54,797 bases of DNA from positions 1 to 54,797 of the forward strand of contig MQRK01236849.1 of NCBI GenBank assembly GCA_001938485.1. The letters are read 5' to 3'. This stretch comes from Girardia tigrina (lineage: Eukaryota). Below the pieces are notes generated by a model that was not told the DNA's origin, searched no databases, and saw nothing but the letters and a program-made list of their open reading frames with translations. A program made the position numbers and the translations under genes. Below are positions 14,801-26,800 of the stretch, one piece after another; position 1 is the stretch's first letter; every line of letters starts with the position of its first letter.

Positions 14801-17800
14801 TTGTCTGTATCTTTTGTTTTATATAATTGACTCAATAGTGATATAAAAACTGAATTTTTTTTGAAGACTTCATCGGAAAAGAAAGTCTTGTCGAGCATGT
14901 CATCCTCATTCAGATTTTCCTTGAACCAATGACAAAACTGGAGTCGCTTTTCAAAGTCTGTCTTTCAACTCATGTTGACAAGTAACACGATATGGATATA
15001 AGCTTAAAGTTTTCCTCACGGCGGCATGTGCAGTTCCAACGGATACACTCACTTCTTGAGATAAACGGCGCATTGACTTTGTTGGACTCTGGCTCATGGC
15101 TTTCGAAATAACATTGACTTTTTGCTCCGTTAAAATCGTTGGTCGACCCGAGCGGGAAGCATCATGAACGGATCCAGTTTCTCTGAACTTGTTCACTAAC
15201 GCTTGAACTGCATTTCGATGAGGTATTGCTGTTGCGGGAAAATTTTCGGCAAATTTTTCCTTCACTGCTTCTGTGTATTCATCCTTCGCACGAAAGACAT
15301 GTTCAATCAAAAATATTCTCTCCTCCGTTGACAAAACCATTTTCAATTGGAATTAACTTCGNNNNNNNNNNNNNNNNNNNNNNNNNNNNNNNNNNNNNNN
15401 NNNNNNNNNNNNNNNNNNNNNNNNNNNNNNNNNNNNNNNNNNNNNNNNNNNNNNNNNNNNNNNNNNNNNNNNNTTTTTGTTCACGAATCTATTTCATAGA
15501 AATTTGCATTTAAAAAGTCTGCTACAACGCTGATTATCTAAAAATAAACCAGACAATGAAAGGTGCACAGTGACTTTCTGAACGCACTGTAGTAAATAAA
15601 TATATTGTTAAAAAAATAAAAATGAAATTCTTTGATTTTTGATGTTTTAGAAAAATATTAGTTCGATTTGATATGCCAAATGTATGATAATGACGAAACC
15701 TTTTGGTAGTACTGAAATGTTATGATAACAGTTAACTGTACTTTGTGATATTAATAAAGTACTTTTACTACTTTTACACTGTTACTTTGATGATCGGGTC
15801 CTCCACGTGTGTGTTTCTTACATAGAACAGATTATTTGCTAAATAAATCTGTTTATTTTAATTCTTCTTTTCTAAACTCATATCTTCATTCTTCTGATAA
15901 CCTTTATATCTTCTCTTCCATTTCTTGCAGCAAACATCCCTTTGTCTTTATTCGGCCATACATTTACCTTTCTCTTATCTGCTAATGAAACTCTGTTAAT
16001 AATAAAAAAATTGAAAAGGGGTTTAATAGATGTTGTGACATACTTATTTTAAGGGGTTTTACAAAGTTGTGATAGGGGAGGGAGAGGGAGGCTAAAATGC
16101 GAAAAAAGCTTAAAATCCTTTATGGAGAGCCCCTTATATGATCTTTATACTTCTTTAATTTTCTTTTAAGATATTCTATCCAATTTATTTATTTAAAATA
16201 AACAAATTCCTAATCATTTAAGCAAACTTAAACTAAAATATATTTTTATCCTAGAGGATTATGGGAAGACTCTATTGATTCCACGAGATAAGACTCTTTA
16301 ACAGTATTGTAATTGACAGTTTTTTATCAATTGTCCTCATATTCAGAGGATTTTTTATTATAAGAAATTTTTATTTGTTTTATAGTTTATACATTTTAGA
16401 CTTTATTTTGTTGACTGAATTTTTTCTCAAAAAGATACTATTTTTTTAATGATGGTGCACTATAAAATGAATAAATTTCAGTATTACTTTAAACTCTTTT
16501 TATCATCTGGAGTGATGGAGAGGATTTCATCCAAAGAGAAATGCTATTTTTTGTCTGGCACTTTGTAACTATTTGTTTATTATAGTCTGTAAACTCATAA
16601 ACTCACTTCTGTAAACTCATAATTTTTGAGTTTTCATTTTAACACCTTGTTTTTATATTCAGCGCATTATTTATGAGTCATCATACATTGAGATTTTCAA
16701 TTATTCAGCAAAAAAATCAGTTTCGAAACTGCTAGAATTTTGACGGAGCTCGAGCCGAAAACCGGTTTATGATTACTAAAAACATTCACAAAATTTCATA
16801 ATGAAAGAATCAACTCATAATTAAAGTTTATTAAAGTCTCATAATTAAGTTTAAAAAGTTAATTTTTAAGTCTTTTACATCATATTAGTATTACAAAGTT
16901 ATGTTTAACACTATTTCTACTAAATGTGTCAAAAGACTCCTTTTAAATTTCAACTTTAAATTATTTTCTAAGTTAAAATATTTTTTCCCAATTCAAGTTT
17001 TGACTTTTCGTAGATTAATTTACTAATAATCATTTCCACAGTTGTTTGCTTTTAAATACAACGGTGTCAAAAGAAACCTTTTCTTCTACAAAGTAGTGCA
17101 CAAAATCGTGGTAGAAATAGTATTAAGAACGAATGTGTATCTAATAATCTATTCCTTACACCCCATTTATAAAAGCATTGAGTGCCTATTCATTTTATTA
17201 TAAATTCAAACTTTACAATTTATGAAAATAAAATCAGAAATGATTTTTAATATCATTAGAGAAATTTAAATAAGTCTTTCCTTTATTTTAAATTACTCAA
17301 AAATATTTCATTAATAACAAAACATTTATACATTTAAAACTGTTTTTTCTAGAATCCATTTAATTATTGAATGTGTGTAATCAACAGTTTTTACTGAGAG
17401 AAGTATATGTTTTTTAATGTTTTAATACAATCTTTATAGTCGTATTTTGTATATTTATATTGTAAGTAACGTTTATGTTACTTTCATTATTAACAGATTC
17501 CATGTTTATAACTGAACACCAAAATTCATATTAATGACAATAATTCACATATTTTAACAAATTTCTTGTCAATTCAAATATTTTGCTAAAATTTAATCTA
17601 TTAAATTTTTATTCCAATTCAATTTTTAAAATTTTATTAATTTTAAAACTTTAAATATCTAAAATAATTTATTTACTTTTTAAATTAAAACTATAAATTT
17701 TTAGCCTAAAACTAATTAATTTAAATTTACTATAAGCCTTTTATTTAAAAAAATATTCCTTAAAAATATAAAATTTAATCCGTTTATCTATTTTAAACTT

Positions 17801-20800
17801 TATTTAAAAATTTATTTAAAATTATTTCATAACTTTTATTAAAATCTATCAATTGTTGACTGTAAACATATTTTTATTTTTAAATAAGTATTTAATTTTT
17901 AATGGTTTTCTTTATTATATCATATTTAATTTTAAAATATTTAATAACATATTTAAATAAACATATTTTTATTTTTAAATAAATATTTAATTTTTATGAT
18001 TTTCTTTATTATATCATTTTTAATTTTAAAATTTTGCATTTATTTACTTTTTTTAAACTTAAAAATTAAAAAAATAATAAACTACTTTGACGAAATGCAA
18101 ATTTAAATTAAACCCTCATATATATACTCAAAATATGAAAGTTTCCCATTCGAAACATTTCCTGTAAAGTAAATAGATTAGTGAATGTCAAGTGCATTAT
18201 TATTTATCTTAAAAGAAGTCTCATTAATCTTTATTAAATCCTATAGTGATACATCTATTATTAATTTTTATTATGCACTTTAAAAGAGAATTAACAAATA
18301 ACTATAATTTAAAACAGATTTGGTTAAATTATTTTTGTTTTTTCTATTTATTTTGTTTTAAGGAATTTTAATTTAAGAAACTTTAAAGATTTTAATTCCA
18401 ATAAATATTTTATAGTGTCTTTTTAAACATATTTAAACATTCTTCCTCCGCATAGATTTTCTTCGATTCAAGCAATTACGCAGTTAAAAATCGCTTCAGC
18501 CATTAAAACCGGATTATCCCCAGGTAGTTTTTTTTAATTTCTTATAGAAATAGTTTAAAAATCTAAATAGAACATTTACCATTATCAGTGAAAAATTTGC
18601 GAGTGAAAGCAGGTTCTTTTGGAACTCTAAATATCAGTTGGAATCACGCAATCCCGGGATTTGAAACCATTCTTCATTATGAGTGAGTGATTTGGTTTTT
18701 CAATCTATTTATTGCTCATTTATTTATCATTGTTTATCAAATTATTCCTTTAATGACTTGTATTCTTGTATAGGATAATTCTTTTTGACTTGTCGAATTT
18801 GTCTTTGGGGAATCCGAAAATTACATTGAAAGCGGATCGACTTGAATCATCAATATTGGCCAAAGACTTAGTACCAGATTCTTTTTATAAAATATTTGTG
18901 TATTCTGTAAATGGAAGTGGAAAGAGTTATCCCGCTGTGATTAATTCTTCTCCAAGGGTTTTATCAAGAGCTCCGAATGCATCTCCTACTAATGTGATTA
19001 TTTTTACTATTTATAAATATTTTCATTCCTTTTTAAAATAAATTTCTTTCATTTGTATATCTACATCTTTGAAATAGATTAGGGTAAGCAAGATTGGTAG
19101 CATTGGGGCAATCATTACATGGTCACCTCCAGAGGCTTCCCAAATGAACGGAGAATTAATTGGGTACAGACTAATTATAGAAAGTAGAGATGGATTTTAT
19201 TCTAAAAGTATGGACGTAAACGCAGCAAAAATAAAGCTTACGGGTGATTATCATTTCTTGAAAAAATATTTTTATAAATATTTTTCACTGTAGATCTAAC
19301 TGCGGGTACAAAATACACTGTGCAGATCCAAGCGTCAACTAGAGGTGGTCGAGGTCCACTTTCAACTCATGTTTATTTTGAAACAAAAGATACTTCAAAC
19401 AACAATGACAATTTATTTAATCATGATTCGAAGTTTTTAAACGAAAAAAAAGATTTCTCTAGAGTTAATGATGTAAAAAGATATGATAAAAGTGCCGAAT
19501 CACCAAGTCAAGTTAGTACTTCAAATTTGAATATGAATCTAGATGATGTCTTCTTTAAAGTAACATTCGTAAAATTGAATAGAAAGGGGACTTTTATCAC
19601 ATCAGTATCGGTATTTTTACGTCAGTATCGTACATTCAAGAACTTGTACTACTTTAAAATTGTGAACCATTTACATCTTTAAATGATATCATTTTTTGAT
19701 GAAAAATCTTATGTTAATGTATAATTGACAAAGAAGAATAAATCCTTATCTTTTTGTACTAGAATAATAAGTCCAACCTTAGTGGTAACTGGGGTAAATG
19801 AAATTTATTTGTGAAATATTTTCTTCCTTCATTATTACTTTATTCCTTTTGAATAAATTAAATTATTTTTAATTCAACCTAAATTAATTAAGTAATATCT
19901 CGAGTTATCCGAAGCGAATAAAATGTAATCTTCATGGATTCGCAACTTCAGAAATTATTCTTGTCATAATTTTAATAAAAGAACAATGTTAATTAAATAT
20001 ATTAATCTCTCAAAAAACATATATTTCCCAACAAAGATGTGATTAATCTTCAAATCTCTTTATGGGCAAATTTCTTTTTATCTTGGTTTCTTTTAACACA
20101 GATCACAAATTTTATTTCTAAATGCTGAAATTTTTAATTATATCTTTAATTAAATTAAAATTTTTTAATCACGAAGAAATTACTTTTTTAAAAGTATTTT
20201 TTTATAATTTTTCATAAATGTAATTTGTTTTTTAATTTTTCATACTAAATTCATTTTTCTGAATTTGATGATTATTAGTTCGTATAAACTATATCTATTA
20301 TTTGGTTAAAATATTCTTGAATAGTAACAGAGAAGTTTTAAAACCGAAAAATAAATAAATATGTCGTATTTTTTGCCACATTACTTTAAGGAAGAAATGT
20401 TTCTTTGAATTCTCATATTATCTGCACGAGATGCTCAAGTTTAAAAAATATTCTTTTCCTGTAGCGCGAACAATTCATTACTAAAAATGGTGATTTTAAA
20501 TTCATTAACACATTAAGGGCCGGACTTCAACCATGACATTTATTTGAAGTAGTCTTTGGGTGGTATATGAATTTAAGCTTAGTCGCAATATTATAGTTAG
20601 AATATATAATAACTAAGGACTGAGTTCGAAAAATATTGCTAACTTTAAATCTCTATAACTCCAACATTAATTCACAAATTACAAAAAACTAATCAAGTAG
20701 GCTGTTGTTTGAATAAATCAAAATAAAATTTATTTCAGTATTCATTTTTAAATTTCATTTTTCATGAATATGTCGTCAGAAACAGGAAGTCGCGAATCAA

Positions 20801-23800
20801 TTATTCGTTTATTTCAAGAAAATCCACAGTCAAGTCAGAAAACAATTGCCAGGCAAAGGTTTGTCAGAAAACAGTTTCTAACGTTATTAAAAACTTCAAT
20901 GAGAACTTGAACGTTTTTAGAAAAATTTGTTAGGGATAATGAAAGGGTTTTTCGTGTACACAAAATGTGAAGAAAGTAAAGGCTCTGTTAGAGAGAAATC
21001 CTCGTTTATCAAATCGAAAACTGACGGTAAAGGCAAATTGTAGCGAGAAAAAAGTTCGAAAATTAAACAGTCTGTGGGTTTAAAAACGTATAAAGTTCAA
21101 ACAATACCAGGCCGAACACTAGCAAAAACGTAAAGGCGCAGCAGCGAGCCAAAAATATTGCAAAGAAAAAAATGTTACATTATGGATTATGAGACTTTTG
21201 TGCTCTGCGAGTTTTCCCAGCTACCCGGACAAGAATTTTACTCTGCAACTAAGAGAGGAGTTGAAGAAAATTTAAAAGCAAGAAAAAATCTAAGTTTCCA
21301 AAAACATTTCTTGTTTGGCAGGCGATATGTAGGTGCGGGAAAAGGATTAAATGCTTTGTCACATCTGGTACAATAAACACAGAAGTCTGTGAAGGAGTGC
21401 TAGCAAAAGCGTTTATTACCATTCATAAGTCAGTACGGATGTCTTACTTTCTTTTGGTCGGATTTGGCATCGTGCCACTATGGTAAGGCAGTCAAGAAGT
21501 GGTACGAAGATAATAACGTATATTTAGTGCAAAGAGAGACAAACCCACAAAAATGTCCAGAGCTTCGCCCAATAGAAAGATATTGGGCCCTGGTAAAAAG
21601 GCAATTAAAGACGAAAAACAAGATGGCACAGACAATTGCAGATTTTCAGAACAATTGGAATAATGCAGCCAAAAACGTGACAGAAACTACAATTGCAAGT
21701 CTAATGGGAAGCATTCTGGAAAAGCTAGCAGAATTTATTTAAAAAAATAAAGAATCTTTCTTAGCTTACTAAAATTATTTTGAATTAAATATATTTTTCA
21801 AAACAACGGTATTTTCTCAATCAAAAATATGGTTATGAAGATGGAGGATTTAAAAGTTAGTTATATTTTTCGCACTCAGTCCTTAATCTGTTGAGTTAAT
21901 AAATGAGTTAATAAATTACATAACATATTAAGAATATTATTTAAATTACATGTCACTTATGGGTATAAGGAAGCTCGGAGAAGCTCAAATTCTGTGAAGT
22001 AAGAATAAACGGTATCAAGAATGCATGTTCCCGACTTAAAGGAGTCAAGAGAAGATATAAGTTTGTTTAAAATAGTAAGAACAACAATCTCTGTATTGAG
22101 TTTTAGAAAAAAAATCTCGAACAAAGATCTCACATCTTTAAAATAAAGACAATTAAAGAACTTAAAAGAAAGAAAATTAGTAAAATTTATTTTTTGTCAC
22201 AAGTTTTTAATAGAAATTAATCAATGAAGTTTTTAGTTATAAGTTAAAATAAAGTAATTATAAAAATGAATATTACGGTAATTACGGACAAAAACAAACA
22301 TTCTGCAGATGTTGATGTTAGTGCGAGCGATTGTGACATCGTCGATGATGGAGAGCAATAAATCTTGTGATGCATTTGTAATTATTTTAACATTAATCAT
22401 TCTGAAGTATGCGTCTTACATTCGTGGTTAATTTTTAAATTTTAAATTAAATAAAATTAATTTTTTAAAACGTTCATATCCTTAATATTTATGATTACAT
22501 CAAAAAATGGCATTTTCTGAATTGTTTTTTCCAAAGAAATAAATTCTCCTTTAATTTCATGAAGACGGATGTTGATATCAATACTGGATACCCTCGACTC
22601 GAAGAGTCTTTTGGAAACCAATTTCGGAATCAGTAACAATTGAGTATAGTGAACATTTCTTGATCTGATACAATTGTTGGAACCGTGTTGAAATATGTAG
22701 TCGGTAAACTCCACCTGGAAACAGTTATCATATTCAGTATTGTTTTTTAAAGATTAAATCTGATAGATATACATATACATTTGTGGACCGTGGAACGAAA
22801 CAATAAGAAGTACATTTTCGGAATTATAGACCATTTCAGCAAATATGTAAGCTTGACAGCTATTAAAAGGCAGGACGAAGAAACGATTATACAAACCATA
22901 TTACAAAAGTGGATACTAAAATTCGGTGCACCAAAAGAGATACATTTCGATTGTGGTAAAAGTTTTGAATCGAAAAGAGTTAAGGAAATGTTGGGGACAA
23001 GGGGCATTAAGCTGATCCTTTCAAGTCCATATCACCATAATATCAATGGAATAATTGAGAGGCAATTCCGAACTATTCGGGAGTTCATCCAAGCAAGCCT
23101 TAAAGAGAGAAACTCTATGAGTTGGGCAGACATATTGCCAGACGTAGAATTTGCAATAAACGCTACAAAACAGAAAACGATAGGGTGTAGTTCAGCAGAA
23201 ATAGTATTTGGGAGGAAAATAGACAGGCAACAGTGACAGTAAAACGGACCGAAAGAACTTAAGACAGATGATAAAAGAGAAGAACACGTCAGTGGAAACG
23301 GGAACGCGTACAACTTATAAAGTGTGTGATAAGGTTTGGATTATGAAAGAAATAAGAAAGAAAGGTGAGGACAGATTTGAAGGACCTTACGAAATTATTG
23401 AACAGATTCATGAGAGGAGTTATAGACTCAAAGATGAAAATGATAAACAAATAATAAGGAATGTGGAAAAATTCAAAAATTTCAAAAACGGGTGGGATGT
23501 TGGGAGCGTTCATAAAATATAAAATTTTTGAATCTTATCAAATTATTAAATAAACAATTACATTCCGTAAAATATTGTTATAAATATGTTAAAATAAGAT
23601 TTTCAGAAATTTAATGTAAAAAATTAATTTAAGTAAGAAATAAAATAAATTTTACGGTAGGGTTATTAAAAGATTTATGTAAAGATTTATTATAAAGTAA
23701 AAGAAGTTAATTTCAAATTTGATGAAAATATTTATTTGAAATAAAATAAAAAGTAATTTAAGTGTGATATTTTATTTGCGAAATAAAAGTAAACTAAACC

Positions 23801-26800
23801 ATTTTGTAACTTTTAAATCAAAGTAAATTAAAAATGTGGTTATAATTTTTTTTGGAAAAAGTAATGATAATTTTTTTGGAAATTAAAATAGAATTAAAAA
23901 ATAATTGTAAAACCATTAACTCGACTTAAATAAAAAATGCGATTTTAATTTTTTGAAAAATGTAATTGAGAAACAGATAAATTTAAATGTACCATAAAAT
24001 TGAAAAATTAATCAAAGACGCAACAAAATCTGACAAAATTTTAATTCACTATATTTTTTAAAGAAAATATAGAATTTTAATTTGTAAAAAAATATACTAA
24101 CCATATTTTTATTTATATCTATTTTTATTTATATTGGTTGTGTAAAAAAGAAAGTACAAAAGTTCCTCAAAAATATTTGTTTAAAAAATTCAAATTGTTA
24201 TAGAAATAACTTTTTGGAAATATTTGTTTAAAAAATTCAAATTGTTATAGAAATAACTTTTTGTGTTCATGATAATGTCTTTTATTCAAGAACCCAATAA
24301 TATGCAATAGCAATTTCTTTTTATTTATTTTGCAGGAACACTTGTAATTTATTTACTAATTTATTTCAATAAGCTGGTTCTTGCTTTTCATGGGACTTAT
24401 TGTTAAGAATTATTTTAGTAAATTCTTGTATTTATGTAATTTGATTTTGTTTATTGTTTTTCGGTTGTTCATATTAGGTATATATTATTAGGAAATGTAG
24501 TGCAGTAGTGTTTGTTATATATGTTCTAAAATCAAGCTAGACAATTATAAATAATTAAAATCATACATTTTATTATAATGACATCTTCCTGATTTGTTTG
24601 TGCGCACATATAGTTCAGGAGTTCAGTGAAGGGAGTTCCCAAGACCAGTAAATTTAAGAACAATTAGAAGATATACGATGTTATTGGCATTTTCAATAAC
24701 ATTTTGTGCTATAAATTTTTGTGCTATTTTTGATGGCGATTATGAAAATCATTAAATGTGTAAATCTATGATCTTTGATTTGATTTTAGATTATAAATTG
24801 GCGATCAAAAGGCTTGAATACCAGCATTGCTTTACAGTGGTCCCATCCCGTTGCAGGGGGTCAAGTGACAAAATATACAATCAAATGGGGTAAAGTGTAT
24901 CCAGGACCTAACCAGATCACTGTCCAGTATCCGACGAGTGCCTATGTAATCGATAATTTAGGTAAATTTTATTGTGAAGAAAAATGTATTTATTTGATTC
25001 AGAATTTCGAACTCAATATATGATAAAAATTATTCCAATAAATGACTTTGGTGAAGGCAAAGAACTATTGTTTTCGACTTCTACTGGAAATCCAGATATA
25101 AGTAGATATAGCTTAAAACATTTAACTTGATTTATCTGTTTATAGAAAAAATTCCCATTCCTTTAAATCTGGGTATCAATAAAGTTGGCATGACTTGGGC
25201 CATCATTACATGGGAAGATCCTAGTAACGATTTAAGTAACACCCGAATTTATCAGATACAATATTCTTCCGTGGATAAAGATTTTCAAGTGACAGAATTT
25301 AAAAATTCCACTGAAAATAAAGTAATTCAAATATTTTAATTTTTTGACAAAATAGCTATTTACTATTACAATTGTAGGTCCAGATAACAGGACTACGGTC
25401 ATCAACGTCTTATTCGTTCAGCGTTAGAACTGGAGATATTATCCCCCCCAGAGACGGTGATTATGGGAATAAAGAGTGGGGCTGGAGCGAATGGAGCTTG
25501 AAAGAATCTTTTAGTACCATGGGTGAAAGTAAAAATTACATTTTAATTATATTTTACTCTTATTTAGCAAGTTCATGTGAAATAAATTAAAGTACGAGAA
25601 TATTAATTTTAAGAAACTGCTAATTTAAATTTTGCCAGTTTGAGTTTTAAATGATGATAACATTTAGAATAGATTAAAAAAAGAAATGTTTATAATTTTG
25701 ATCGTAATGAATATTTCTTTACTTTGAAAATTGAGGATTGAGTTGAAATAATTCAAATTTAAAGAAAATGACGTAAATATTTTTGTAAAATTTGGAAACA
25801 AATAACTCCATTCAATTAATTTATTCAATTTCGACATGACGAGAATCAGAATAGAGGCAAGATCGTGACAAATCCAAACCCACTCGATATCGTAAAGACA
25901 CGCATTTCATTTACTTTTACAATTCAGAGTGTTGGGTTCTTGAACAAAATTATAATTAATTAATAATAAATTTTATTTCTAACACAAATAACAAATATTC
26001 AAACAATTTTTTGTCGAGGAACTTTACTTCGTTTTCTTTTTGACCAGATTTTTATATAAAAATATGGAATTATAAATACTGATAAGCTATCTTAAAATTA
26101 AATTTTTTTTTATTCTCTTCATTTTGAAAATTTACATTCCACTATTTTATGCAACTTAATGTAAATTAAAACCAACATAATTTATTGTAGTCATTTTTAC
26201 TAAATTAATGAAAATGATTTTTATTATTTTAGAATTAGTTTAATGTTATTTTCTTTTATTTGTGAAAACGTTTTTAATTAATACAAGATTTTAACGTTTT
26301 ATTTATTATCAATATTTCAATTTAAAAGCCTTTTATTACCCACAATAATTAAATATACGAAAATAAACAATTTTAAATACAATACAAATTTTAAATATAA
26401 TTTAAATACAAAAAATAATTTACAGTATTCATATTTTGATTATTATTACGATACATTAATGATAAAAGTTTTAATTTTAATTTTTTTTACGAAAACTGTT
26501 TAGAATTAAGTATTTGTCAAATCTTTAATTTGTGAAATTTCAAACTGACTTTAAAATTTAAAATTATCTGTTTTTTTTAATTTACATCTCTGGCAACAAA
26601 GTTCATTATTTTATTTTTTAGAATAACTTTTAAAATTAGTACGAACATAATTATCCTTGTCTTTGTATATTTCTTTTAAATCAATTATTTAAAAATCCAT
26701 TATTTCCCAATTAATTTTTTTACTCTACGTTTTTATCTACGTTTTACTCTAAGTTTTTACTCTGCAATTAAAATTTAATTATTTCCGAAAATAACTTTTT

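Larger units (their letters stand above)
12350..15666 (+). mobile_element. Tc3-like Tc1 element with ~220-bp IR/DR-type TIRs; right TIR split by a nested element
   Basis: FSDKKKFN..DGFANYWHDLR, FGGGSVMLWG, FQQDNAPIH...PDMNIIENVW (35 residues between D and E), G.WTKY*. Left TIR 12350-12565 with an internal repeat of gggaaa(t)gattttgccgaca; right TIR 13715-13828 plus 15590-15666. Confidence 0.9.

Noticed and set aside
24614-24647. Possible DCC micro-exon (tag|ttcaggag...agacca|gtaaat)
   Set aside because: 34 nt, would shift the frame between two phase-0 exons; the model is complete without it.
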